Source of the DNA: Polymyxa betae A26-41
Lineage: Eukaryota > Protista > Endomyxa: Phytomyxea
NCBI GenBank assembly: GCA_003693705.1
Contig: RBZT01000339.1
Location: 42,088 to 106,087 of the forward strand
Reading direction: 5' to 3'
DNA length: 64,000 bases
Below the pieces are notes generated by a model. The model searched no databases. It was not told the DNA's origin and saw nothing but the letters and a program-made list of their open reading frames with translations. The first letter of the stretch is position 1; each line of letters begins with the position of its first letter. Shown here piece by piece: positions 13,550 through 25,170 of this stretch. The position numbers and the translations under genes are program-made.

Positions 13550-14114
13550 AATCGGCTGCTTTACTCAGGAGGGTTTCTGAGCGAAAGATCTGCGGGGGCA
13601 CACTGAATCACGTGAGCAGTCCAGAAGCAGGCAGCTCTGAGTGCGATTAGGGTTTTGGTCAGTGAGAAGCCCAGATTGGTGAAAGGCGGCCTCTCAACCA
13701 GCAGTGAAGGTTTCCAGCTGACTGAGCTTCACCGAGAATCAAAAGAGGCGGTTGGAACTTTGTGCGGCCTCTCGCTTCCGATTCTCCATTCGTCTTCGTC
13801 ATGTCAACGGCGACCATCGCCCGAACGAATTGCAATTGTTGGCTGCGCTGGGACGTTTAGGCCACGCTGTAGTCTGTCGCCGTGGACGTCGTGACGGCAA
13901 TAAACTCAGATTAGGAACAGCTTGATTGAGAAATTGGAATGGTCAATGAGAGATCGTACACAGGAGCAGGAGTTTAGCAGTTAGACTGTTGCAAATAAAA
14001 CAATAGGCAAAATTGCAATTTTTGTTGTGTTTAATTTGCCTGGAGACGTGCGCAGATTCGTATCTATTTTCGCTTTCGTCTGGATTTGGAGAGCTTGCTG
14101 GTCCACATATTCCG

Positions 14115-14671
14115 ATGTTGGATATGATTGAGATTTCTGCTGGCGAGCTGGTAGAAAGACTTCTAACTGCACCAGAGACAGTTGCAGTAGTCGACGTTCG
14201 CGATAGTGTTGGATGGGAACCTCGTCTATAATAATATTCATTAACGATATTTGATAGGATAGGAGAGGTGGCCATATCAAGGTAAAGCTGATCAATCTGA
14301 AGTAAGAATGTGAATGGGATTGTCAGGGCTCCATATCAGCTCCATCATCGTCACTGGCAGGGCCACGTCTTGCTGAGCTGATTGAGCAGCTGTCCGCTAC
14401 CGAGCTGGTCGTCTTCCATTGTATGAAGTCGCAGATCAGAGGACCCAAATCCATGCAATTGTTCGCTCGAGTCGCCAGCCAGAGTGGCGCCAAAATCCAA
14501 TGTGCTTTGCTGACATTCGGTTTTGAAGAATTTATTCGGGTTGCTTGGAAACATGAGAAAGTATGGTTTTCAGCGTCGTTTTTATCCAACAATTTGACAT
14601 GAGATTTTCAGGCTGATCTGCTTCTTGAAGCAGTTGATCCGTATGTATGGCCGCCATTTCTTCTAAACTAA
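14115..14671 (+). CDS. Rhodanese-fold Cdc25-like phosphatase / Acr2 arsenate reductase
   Basis: VVDVRD, GGHIKG and active-site VFHCMKSQIRGP across short introns; last exon predicted. Confidence 0.85.
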
Positions 14672-14780
14672 GCACCTGCCTTCTTGCAATTCGACAATGT
14701 CGTGCAACCGCTCTCTTGTTAACCCTTGCAACGATCATTACGCTGATCTTCGATTAGATTATCGTCAGTTTTCACGAACC

Positions 14781-14807
14781 GGGTTTAGGGTTTTAGGGTT
14801 AGGGTTT
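14781..14807 (+). repeat. Interstitial telomere-like repeat GGGTTTAGGGTTTTAGGGTTAGGGTTT (telo-box-like)
   Basis: Four GGG tracts about 60 bp upstream of the PEX22 ATG. Confidence 0.8.
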
Positions 14808-14868
14808 GTGACTGCAACGAAGCTGAGCTGTTGCCTGCTTAATACGGCATAGTCTATTTGTATCTGGA

Positions 14869-15524
14869 ATGGTATCACCAATCTGGATATGGTGGGTTAG
14901 ATTGCCCCGGCAGATATCTGCCTATTACCAGGCTATCTTCACGATCTCTGTCGTCATCCTATCGCTCGTGTTCTACCGATGGCACAGGCGAGGACCTTCA
15001 TCTGGTGTCGTACAGCGATCGCCGCCCACTGAATCCTCAACAGCAAAAACTTCGTCATCGTGGATATCATCGCTTCGCGATGACCGCGAAGCGATCTGTT
15101 GCATCACCTTCGATCTTCTTGAAAGAGAGGAGCAACAATGGATTGTCGAGCTGGCCCGCTCTTGTCGCTTAATTGTAATTGCTCGCGATACTGTCGCGAA
15201 ACATTCGTGGGATGTCGTAAAGCAGCTTGGTTTGGATCAGCTCGTTCCAGGTCATCGTTTGCTGCTTTGTCAGACGACCTCGGGGGTTTACAGCATAGTT
15301 AGGCAAATCGATCCCCGGTTATTTATAGCTGGTATGGGGTCACAGATTCTGCTGTGAAAACTGATATGGACGTAATCACAGGAGAAGATGATCTCGAGGC
15401 TTTGAGACGTCTAGAGCCGTTCTTAGCGGGATCGATTCTGATCTCACCGCATGATCGGTCACATATTTGGGGTGGAACTATACGATCAACATTGAAGGAG
15501 GCTCTATGCAGTTTGGTTAAATGA
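14869..15524 (+). CDS. PEX22: Plant-type peroxisome biogenesis protein 22
   Basis: N-terminal TM followed by HRLLLCQTTSGVYSIVRQIDPRLFI, resembling the plant PEX22 FCST.GR.S.VRQLEP motif. Confidence 0.7.
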
Positions 15525-15599
15525 TATAGAATATATCTGTCCTACATCGTGACCTTCCGCTTCATTTGTTAGTTTAATAAATCAGAACAGAATGGACGA

Positions 15600-16571
15600 A
15601 GGTTAGACAGGTTTCTATCAATAACCTCTTAAAACACGTTGTGGCGCCAGTCCATCGTTAACCTTATGGCAGTCATAAACGAGAAGGATGAGATCGATCT
15701 ATATGAGCACCTGGTCTTCCTAACGCCAGAGATCGCCTTGTGCCGAACGTGATAGCGACGCCAGTTGACTTCGTTCAGCACACTACACGGTTCCCATTCC
15801 TCCTTTCAGACTATCATTCTATTCATTGGAGAATTTCCAGGAGTACAACTTGTATCTTGAACTTGGTTCAGGCAGGCGGCTGGCAAACGATAGAACCCTT
15901 CGCTAGTCGTTATTCTCATCTGCTGTCGTGTTCCTGTCGTGACACCGGCTGTATAAACGGGTTCAGATCGCTAATAATCTGCCATTCTTAGAACGATTAC
16001 TTAATCTCACCAGTATTCGTCCACGATCCATTTCATCTTCGGCCTTGGCTATGGTTTTAGGTGCTTGATTACATCAGGCCTGTCGCGTTCTTCGTTCACG
16101 TACCAATGACATGTCTGAAAGGTTCTCATAAAAGTTGTCGCTTCCCTTGACGTTAATGCACTCGCATGCCACTTCGAACAGGACGACGTGGCTCCCATAG
16201 AAGTCTGCAAGGGTATCACAATTGAGGGTTTTAAACAGCTTGCAGACATCGATGAGTCGCCAATCCGCCTTTGATTTTCTGAGCTGCAATTTGTCGTTTG
16301 AATAGTATTGAATGGTCAACTCCAGCACATGAAGTGATATCCGGGGAACTCTTGAGCCTCTGCATCCGATCGTGATTCTTGCGCTAGGCTCGAGTACAAC
16401 GGAAAGGCGTGGCGATCCAAACAAAGCACTTGGCGACTCTTTCGGCTCTAGAGGCGATACTCCCAACCATATTGAACCACCAGCTCCTCGATAAATGGAA
16501 CAGTAGACTACTCTAGCGGTTGAAGTAGGGCGTCATCATGATTGGAGCCGTTTGGAGAGAGCAGCGACATA
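15600..16571 (-). CDS. Hypothetical multi-exon protein
   Basis: ORF 16074-16466 plus further plausible GT-AG-bounded exons; no family recognised; ends approximate. Confidence 0.35.
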
Positions 16572-16731
16572 ATGGGCACAGAATTTTGGAATCCAGCGCA
16601 TTCTACTTCTGAAGATAGTGAGCGTGCTCATTTCTCATTGCTTATATTCCTGTCAATGCTGTATGTACGTAGGTAGGTTCATAATTGATGGGATGTGCAT
16701 TCTGTTGAACAATATGTAGAATGAGCTCATC

Positions 16732-17921
16732 TTACAACTTGGCTTTTCGCTTGATCTGTTGGTCGACTAAATCAGGACAGAATGGGCGAAGGTAGACACC
16801 CAGGTAAACATTCAGCGGGAAATACACTTTCCTCAACCGTCTATCAGCTGCATCGACAATCGCCTAAAAATCTTTATTGCATTCAAAGCTCTGTATACAG
16901 CACCAACCTTAGCACATTCATATGCTGATATGGCATCGGGATTCGACGAAGGATGAGATAATTCTATATGAGCACCTTCGTCTTTCAAACTGTGATTGTT
17001 CAATGAGCGATCAATAGGGATTACATCAACCTTTATTGGATACCAGTTCTTTCTAAAATTTGTACAGACAGATGGCGGGCAAACAATACAAATGTCAAGG
17101 CGATCGTCATCATCTAATTCGGATCTTAACGATTCGAAAAAGCCTGTCACTGCAAAGCGAGAGGCACAAAGTGCAGTTCGATATGGAAGTCCTAAATCGG
17201 TTCAGAATATCATAGCGTTCTTGACACGTTGAAATTTCACCGAGTTCGCCAGCAAGAGATGAGACAACCACAACCTGGCCACGAGACCCATCCGAATGGC
17301 GTACTAGATTCTGAAATGCCGCCTTCATCAAGTGTAAATACCCGAAAAAGTTGACGTTCATCAGGTCGTGATAGATCGCATCGCTTGTATTAACCCGGAA
17401 CGAATGATGGCAGCCAACTCCAGCACATAATACCTAAATCATATTTCGAAGAGATAATAATGACCATGTCTAGAAACATACAACAATATCAATTCTACCG
17501 AATGTCTCCATAGTTTTTGCTATCAAATCATTGCATTGACTCTCGCTGGTAATATCACATGGTATAACAGCAACCTCACTCCCGAACGCTTTGCAGTTCC
17601 TCCCGGTCTCTTCGAGTTCCTGAACCCTTCTTCCTGTAAGAACCAATCTAAGAGCAAGGCCTCAGTTTTATCGACCCGGACAGCAAGCACCAACCTGCAG
17701 CGGCGAGGGGCATAAACTAAAGCGATTTGTTTACCAATGCCTGAGCTTGCACCGCTGACTATTATAACACAATTATCTAAACTTCAGACTGAATAGTCCA
17801 TAATGTTGAGGTCAGAGCCAAAGCTCCAGAGCCAGATATTCCAGCAAGCATCATTACCTGTCCAATTCTTGGGGCGGCCACAAGGAAACAGAGCCTTTAC
17901 ATGAGGGACTCGTGTCGTCAT
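16732..17921 (-). CDS. Short-chain dehydrogenase/reductase with C-terminal PTS1 (-AKL)
   Basis: IIVSGASSGIG, NVNFFG, VVVSSLAG, AHCASRFAVTGFFESLRSE; ends IKRKAKL-stop. Confidence 0.88.
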
Positions 17922-18106
17922 AGCCTTGCCTACCTTTATGAACAGACAAAATGTAAAGGACAAGAGTCGTATGTTGGTTTTATTATGACAGTGAAGATCA
18001 AATGGAGAGGCGTGAACTTAAGCGAGTAGGAACTACACATGACATGACTGTTGCTATAATAGATTCCTAAAGCCGCCTATGACAAGACAACCGATCTTTA
18101 TTTCAC

Positions 18107-18146
18107 AACCCGTTTTACACAGAGAGATTTTACACAGAGAAAATTT
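18107..18146. repeat. 15-bp direct repeat (ttttacacagagaga / ttttacacagagaaa) at the DCTN6 stop
   Basis: Seen directly in the sequence. Confidence 0.55.
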
Positions 18147-18670
18147 TGCCTAACGCCGATCGTCTCAAGCTCAAATCTGATTCCAAGAAGCCAGAGTTAC
18201 TCGGCATCTGGAATGAAATTTGAGGAACGCCAACACAAACTGTGCTGTCGACAAGAGCTTCACCGTCCTGAGCTGGTTTCAATAGATTATCGTTAGATTC
18301 CTGCTACGAACCAAAATCTCCAGGTTTTCTCCAACAACGCAATGCTGGCCTACTTCTGCTCCGGCAGATAACGAAGCACGAGCTCGGATATAGCTATTAG
18401 ACCCAATAGAGCAGGCAACAATAGCGCCGGTTTCAATCAAAGAGTTGCTCCCGATAGTGATGGAGTTCCTATAAAGCTGTCAACTTACATTTTCATTGAT
18501 TATAAAGCCTACCTATCAGACTTAATCAAAGCGTTTTCTTGAACAATGACTCCGTCTTGCAGAAATATTGGTGCTATTGTACCGTCTATGATACAACCTG
18601 GATGTAGAAAACACTCTTCGCCAATCTGGACATCGCCGATAACCTGGGCGTCCTCATGTATATAGCCCAT
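18130..18670 (-). CDS. DCTN6: Dynactin subunit p27-like left-handed beta-helix protein
   Basis: MGYIHEDAQVIGDVQIGEECFLHPGCIIDGTIAPIFLQDGVIVQENALI...ITIGSNSLIETGA hexapeptide repeats. Confidence 0.65.
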
Positions 18671-18799
18671 AATTTGGAATGGGAATCAGAAAGCACCACG
18701 GGAGACGCAAGCCGCAACCTTAGCTGTTGACAGCTTTATGCATTAGTACTTGCACTTGGAGGGCAAAGACAGAAGGCGATATTTCATTTGAATCGAGCT

Positions 18800-19552
18800 T
18801 TAAAACATCACGCATGAGACTGGTAAGTTCATCTGGTGAGCGTCAACAAATTCTGGCATCGACCAGGCGATTTGGGAAGGTGTTGCAAAAGCTGATAAGT
18901 TTTCAGGACCTAAACGACATTGCTCGTGATCGCCTTGGCCTCTTTCCCTTGAAGTGTTTATGTTGTCAGTAGCTGATGGTTGTTCAAGATCCAAACGGGA
19001 TTGCTCGTAAACCTCTTGGCTTCTCTCTCCAGAAGAGTTTGGAATGTTAGCTAGTTGAACCGCAGGACTTGTTTCAGCAGCACTTTCATCTTTGTCTTTG
19101 CCAACAGATCCGGTACAATGTGGAAAGAGGTTTAATCCTGCAGGTTCATTGCAGGGCATGCTCACAGAAGCATCTAGTGATTTTTGTGGACATCCTCCAG
19201 AATAACCGATTTGCTCAATCTTGTCAGATGGACCTTCCCTGTGTGCTACGTCTTGACTTAAAATTGGTTCAAACCGGGTCAAATCTCCAGCTTCAACAAA
19301 AAATTTCGAATAAATCATGACCCCATCGTCATTCACTAAAACACGCTAAATCAAACCGTAACTTGCATAATTACTCCCTACGATGCGGCAGGACGACAAT
19401 TTCACCTTGGCGACCTCGGCTCGATGACAATCGCTGGGACAGAACCTCAGGCATATCGTTATGGATGAAAATGAATCCAAAACTCCTCTCTCGTCCTTTA
19501 CAGTGATATTGCGTTACCACAAATATGGCCTCTGTAGATGACAGACAATCAT
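18800..19552 (-). CDS. Hypothetical protein
   Basis: 178-aa ORF with a weak internal duplication (ERSQEVYEQSRL / ERGQGDHEQCRL); 5' exons uncertain. Confidence 0.4.
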
Positions 19553-19587
19553 GCTTGAGCGGGTAATGAAGTCAGGAGAATTTCCCT

Positions 19588-19677
19588 ATAGAGGGCTCAT
19601 TGAGCTCTAAGAATAATGTTACGTCTCATAAAGGGCCTCATCGAGCTCTAAGAAGTAATGTTACATGTCATAAAGGG
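19588..19677. repeat. ~41-bp tandem repeat, 2.2 copies, upstream of TAF6
   Basis: atagagggctcattgagctctaagaataatgttacgtctc / ataaagggcctcatcgagctctaagaagtaatgttacatgtc / ataaaggg. Confidence 0.85.
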
Positions 19678-19729
19678 TGACCAGCATATGTATGTGCGCA
19701 ATTGATCGTCGAACTCGTTTATAATCGGA

Positions 19730-21109
19730 ATGGCCAGCAATGAGGCGGCTTCCATGAATGGTGCGATCAGCAATCACGTGACCGCATCGAATGGCATTGA
19801 TGGATCCATAATCCGAGCCGAGTCGGTCCGGGCGATCTGCGACCAATTCGCAGCTAATGATCAGAACACGCCGCTTCTCGATTTATCGCTCTGCGAGGCT
19901 GTTGCTGCTGAGGTTGAATACCGAATACGACAAATCGCTCAAGATGCATTGAAATTTATGTCTGCTTCTTGTCGAACCCGTATGACATGTGCTGATATCG
20001 ACAGCGCGTTGCGATTACGAAATGTCCCTGCATTATACGGGTTCCGAAATTCCTCATCGTCCACTTTCTGTTCTGTGGCTGGCTACGACGATCTTTTTTT
20101 TGTCAATGATCCCGTTTTGTCGCTTTCAAATATTCTGACGGCCCCTCTGCCTGCTGCCCCGGCAGATTCCACATTCTCGGTTCATTGGCTCGCTGTGCAG
20201 GGTATCCAGCCTTGCATTCCACAGAATCCAGCACCAATCCTGGCAGCCCCGCCAATTCACGAAAAGGATGATAAGAGTGCCCCTTCAACTGTTGTGAGGC
20301 CACCTGTCCGACATGTTCTATCCAAAGAACAACAGATGTATTACGACCAAGTAACATTGGGCATTCGAAGCGGAGACGAGTCGCTCGAACGAGCAGTATT
20401 GCAATCAGTGTCCAGGGATCCAGGATTGCATCAACTGCTTCCTTACTTAGTCCAGTTTGTTGCTGACCAAGTGAATGCCCATCTGCGTGATTTGCCTCAG
20501 CTTTGGTCAGTGATGCGTCTGGCTCAAGCTCTCATCTACAGCCCGCACCTTCGTATCGAGCCATATCTCCATCAAATCATGCCACCAATATTAACTTGTT
20601 TGGTCGGACGACACCTTTGCTATGATTGCACCCAGGATCATTGGGCGCTCCGAGATTATGCTGCTGGTCTGGTAGCGTATATTTGTAGGAAGTTTGGGTC
20701 GTCATATCAAACATTACAACCTAGAGTTAGCAAGACATTAGCCAAGGCTTTCTTGGATCCCGATCGTCCGCTGACTACACATTATGGTGCCATTCAGGGC
20801 TTGCAAGCTTTGGGCGACAATGTCTCTGGCTTGCTGATTTTGCCCTATGCGCGCCTCTTCTATAAAATGCTGCAACCAGAGCTGTTGAATGCAGCTAATC
20901 CTGGAAGACGACTTGAGGCTGAATATTGCCAAGGAGCTTTATTGCGAGCTTGTGGAACGTATGTTCGTAGTCAGATCATGTCCGAATCTGAATTGTTTAT
21001 TGGGATCACGGCCATGTCCACTCTGGACGATCTTGAAGACCTGTTTGGGGAAGCTCTACATCCTTTTCTGTTGAGCAGAGAGGATTTTTTTGTCACTGCA
21101 CATATTTAA
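19730..21109 (+). CDS. TAF6: TFIID subunit 6 (intronless)
   Basis: Histone fold EVEYRIRQIAQDALKFM, HWLAVQGIQPCIPQNP, HVLSKEQQMYY, DPGLHQLLPY, DHWALRDYAA, TTHYGAI. Confidence 0.96.
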   Translation: MASNEAASMNGAISNHVTASNGIDGSIIRAESVRAICDQFAANDQNTPLLDLSLCEAVAAEVEYRIRQIAQDALKFMSASCRTRMTCADIDSALRLRNVPALYGFRNSSSSTFCSVAGYDDLFFVNDPVLSLSNILTAPLPAAPADSTFSVHWLAVQGIQPCIPQNPAPILAAPPIHEKDDKSAPSTVVRPPVRHVLSKEQQMYYDQVTLGIRSGDESLERAVLQSVSRDPGLHQLLPYLVQFVADQVNAHLRDLPQLWSVMRLAQALIYSPHLRIEPYLHQIMPPILTCLVGRHLCYDCTQDHWALRDYAAGLVAYICRKFGSSYQTLQPRVSKTLAKAFLDPDRPLTTHYGAIQGLQALGDNVSGLLILPYARLFYKMLQPELLNAANPGRRLEAEYCQGALLRACGTYVRSQIMSESELFIGITAMSTLDDLEDLFGEALHPFLLSREDFFVTAHI

Positions 21110-21394
21110 ATTGACATTGAGTAAATTAATTTCTAAATTTATGTTAAGACGACTTTAGAACTGTACTTTAGCTTCAAACAAGTCGTATCTAACTTCACTT
21201 GCAAATTCCTCAAATCCGGCATGCGGAACAGTTCAAAAAGCCACCCTTTTGACAACTAAACAACGTCAGCACATTTCTTAGCACTTATCCATTTTTCTCA
21301 CTTGCTGTGGCGTGATTTCGTGTAGATATTTTGCAAATGAGGGATTCTGGTTTGAGTGAACTCTGATAATTAAAAAGATGACCATGCGCACGAA

Positions 21395-21807
21395 TTATAG
21401 ATAAATTCTGTGTATGTCTTTTAGGTTCAGGCTTGCATTGCAAGCAGGGCATCGATGGTGAAGTCGTACTGCTTTATGAATACAGGAATAGCAGAACTAA
21501 GTTAAAATGTAATTAGAGGAAGCACCCAAATGTTTGAGGTTGAACTGACGACATGACCACAGAAAGAGCTTGCCATATCTTTCATCCTTACAAGACAAAT
21601 TGGACACGACAATCGCTCAAGGTGTTTGTCGGCAGAGCTGATCGACTTCTCATCTTCACTGGTCTCTGCAGTCAGATCAATTGTAGTTGCCCTTTTTGAT
21701 AGCGGTTCAGCCTTCTCTTCGGTAACTCCAGCATCTTCGTCGTCATCACTCACGATTACGACCACTTCACTGCAATCTGAGAGCGGCTCGAATTCTGGAC
21801 TGGACAT
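21395..21807 (-). CDS. RNF4/Slx8-like SUMO-targeted RING E3 ligase
   Basis: SIM-like VVVIVSDDDE and TIDLT; spliced RING CPIC...CGHV|FCYSCI...CPAC; ends HRIYL. Confidence 0.82.
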
Positions 21808-22037
21808 GAAGAAATCAATGGGAAGCACCAGACATTTGGTACGAATGCGACACAGTATAGATGAATGAATAGTAGAACACTCTGGCAGAATCACAAGAAC
21901 AACTGCTAGAAAATATTGTTACTCACACAGTCGCATCACATCTTACTATTACCTAGCCATGGCATGATGTAGCTGCGAGAAGGACAGCTAACAATGAATG
22001 AAACATACACAATCTGTTAAAATCGAATGTTTTGGTT

Positions 22038-24532
22038 TTATATAAGCCTCTTCTTAGAGTTTAATTTAAACCCTTTCAGGTCGTCAAAGCCTTCATCGTC
22101 CGATTGGGCTTTGCGCTTTTGGCTCTTAATATTAGCTATTGCGGCACTTTGTACAGCAGCCTTATCTCGAAGCTCATCAAGCAATTCGTCTTTCTTAGCA
22201 AACGATATAACTAAATGACGACCGTAAAAGTGAGTCGTTTCTAAGGACTTCTTGGCAGTCTGGGCTCCAGATGAAGTTGTGAATTCAACGAAAGCGAAAC
22301 CTCGATGTCCCCCGCCAAACTTGTTAGGGATACGGCAAGACTTAACAGCTCCAAATGTTTGAAACAGCTCACGAAGTTCTTTGATAGACGCTTCAAACGG
22401 CACGTTCTTAACGATAAGCTTGGTTTGTGACAGTTTAGAGTCAGAGATGTCAGCTTTTCTTTCGCGAATATCATCTGCAGTCTGCTTCTGATTTGATAAG
22501 GACAGAGCCAGTTTGTGCTCGTCGAGCTCGACTCCTTGCATCTTTTTCAGTACCTCCATGGCGATATCCTTACTGGAAAATTCCACAAAACCATAACCAC
22601 GAGACAGCGATTTTCCTGCTGAAAGCTTCTTCGCTATTCGAACACTCCTAACAGAGTATCGCTTGAATAAATCGCGCAAGCTGCTTTCAGTGGTTGAGAA
22701 GTTCAGATTTTTCACAAATAATGTGGCCTGGATGACAGGATCACCATCTTGCTCGTCGAGACTCGTCATTTCAACCAGTTCTTCTTTGACAGCTGGTAAC
22801 CGGTCGTCCGTACTACCCCATACGTTTTCTGGTGCCCATTGGAGATATAACGGCAAATGGTGAAATTTTGAATAAGCTAAAGCCGAAAATGCCCGCCTGG
22901 CAGTTGGATTCGAGCCCATTTCTACGAGAGCTAAAGCCCGGGTAGGGGGCAAAGCGCAGCGCAGAACTTGGCCATGCTTCTGGAAAAGATCACGAATTTC
23001 GTCTTCTGTACAGTCGAACGGGATGTTCTTCACGATGATGACGTTTGAGGAGCGTTTGTCATTAGGGCCCTCAAATGCGCTGATATTCACCCCAGCTTCA
23101 TTTGCAAGCCAATCCTTCACCTGCTGAATGACGTTGGTTTCGGCCAGAGCCATGTTCAGAGCAGCATTTTTGGCATCAGGGCCGACAAGGTCAGATTTGC
23201 TAATAGCCTGACCATCAGCAGTCGCTTGAGCAGCCGTATCAGTGTTGATGAACAGCGAATTCCAATTGAATCCCTGAAGAGCATCCGCCTTTCGCTGCTT
23301 GTTGACCTTTTGTTTGTGCGTAGAAGACGGTTCGACTTTGCTGGTTACAGGTTCGGGTTTGGAACGGCCTGGTAAGCAATGCAAAAGGCGCCCTTGAAAA
23401 ACCTGACCATCCATTTTCGACATGGCTCGCAGAGCGGAGGCACCATTGGCGAACTGGATCATGGCGAAACCTTTGCTGCGGCCGAGATCGTCCACAGGAA
23501 CATTGACTTCAATGATTTCGCCGAATGGACGGAAGGCAGCAGCAAGGTCATCCTCGGTGACAGAGAATGATAGATTTCTGATGAAGACACGAGCGGTATC
23601 ACAAACATCAGGGAGGCCGCTTTCACCCTCTGCCGTTTTCACGTTACTGTCATCCGGAACGTTCTCAGGTGATGTCTCATTGCTGGCAATCAGCGACTCT
23701 TCCTCTACAGCCTCGTCTTCTGATGATATCTGGTCTTCAATTTCTGATAGTATTGCTTCAATATCTTCGTCAGGGAACGATGGTCGACTGCGCGGCTCAT
23801 CATCCAGCCCAGGATTTTGAAACGCATCATTGTCCTCATCACTGCCATCACTGTCATCGAAGCAAATTTTTTCTTGTTCGGAAGCATGTTCCTCTTTAGC
23901 CGTTTCATCAAAATCAAAACGCTTATGAACCTTTTTGATGAACAGGCCCTCACCACCTGGTTTCTTGTTAGGAACAGTCTGCACCTCATTTGCGTCGTTA
24001 TCCCAGAAATTCCCTTTGCAGCGTGGCTTCATGGCAGCCAGAAACTAGTAACAATACGTTTAAACATTTGCATCCTAAGCAAAATAAGCCTGCATACCTC
24101 TTGAAATCTGCCATTTTTCTCAACATTATCAAGCTCTTTTACGAATTTTTCTGGTTCTGGCTGCTTTTCCTCTTTCGGATATAAATCCGGATTCGCAACT
24201 TGATGTGATGAACTGCCCTTAGAATAGCGACTCCATGGCCGGGCTAATTTTGAATCTCCAACAGGTAAGGCATATTCGACATATATTCTACTCGTATCTA
24301 GAAACGTCCGATCGAAGTAGCCTTTCGCTTTCGTGGCATCTTGTACGGTTCGGAAACCCACAAACCCGATTTGACGAGCTCTGCCATCCTTCGTCTTCAG
24401 AATTTTCACATCGGTTACTTCTCCGATTTCAGCAAACTTCTCGCGAAATCGTTGCTCTGTGATGTGCTTTGGTAAATTTTTTACGCAGAGCCTGGACGAC
24501 TTGGCAGAGGAAGATGTGTCTGCACCTGGCAT
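22038..24532 (-). CDS. MRD1: Multiple-RRM ribosome biogenesis protein MRD1/RBM19
   Basis: N-terminal SRLCVKNLP RRM, RPWSRYS, FNWNSLF, LAYSKFHHLPLYLQWAP, THFYGRHLVI; one intron at ~24046-24097. Confidence 0.95.
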
Positions 24533-25170
24533 CTTTGAAATCTTTTCAGACAAGATTCGCACGCAATCCCGGTCCGCGGATTGCGAAATCTAATCTGCGA
24601 GGTCACAGAGCACCGCAACTTTTTCTTAGGAACATCGGAGAGATCCCTTATTTTTAAGCCAAGTGCAAATCGATCTCCTTTTTGATGCTCTGCCCAAGTG
24701 CTTGACTGAATCATTTGCGAAGTGATAGACTGTTGATACGATTAAGCATTGGTCCACTATTGCCGAATCTATCATTTCAAACTAGCCTGAAGACATTGCA
24801 CTCATGATAAGTCCCTTTCAAACTATCGAGATGGCGTTTTGCAACTCCTAGATTAAATATCTTCTAGAACTTTGCCAGATCATTAAGTGTGCGCGTGTCT
24901 TCACCGTGAAGCGTACAATCTCCTTACATTGCAACACTTCTGACCCCCAGTAGGTCTTTGATCGTGAGTGGTGTGTCAGTCAGGGAGCAGCCCGACGTCG
25001 TTACGAAGTTAACGTCTTCGTCAGGGCCCCCTCTGTTCAGGATTTCACCGAAAAATTCCGCAAGATATCGCCAGACTGGGCGCGGCCATTCAAGCGAACG
25101 TTACCTGTCAATTCAGCCATTTTAGTGGTCCACTATCCATAACAACGAAGAGATTTGCTCATAGTAATCT

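Noticed and set aside
13655-13894. ORF or possible targeting-peptide exon upstream of citrate synthase
   Set aside because: In-frame stop just upstream of the citrate synthase ATG and no convincing splice join or homology
14700-14810. CCCTAAAACCCTAA as a possible telomerase RNA template
   Set aside because: Irregular multi-copy repeat, similar motifs occur at several loci, and no supporting RNA structure or promoter was recognised
17782-17802. ATG followed by an in-frame TGA ahead of the SDR Rossmann motif (possible selenocysteine or readthrough)
   Set aside because: Explained by an intron: the upstream exon from 17921 splices in frame at tttag|at
19588-19677. CRISPR-like or transposon-end interpretation of the short repeats
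   Set aside because: Head-to-tail duplication without spacers; eukaryotic context; no cas, transposase or reverse transcriptase in the window
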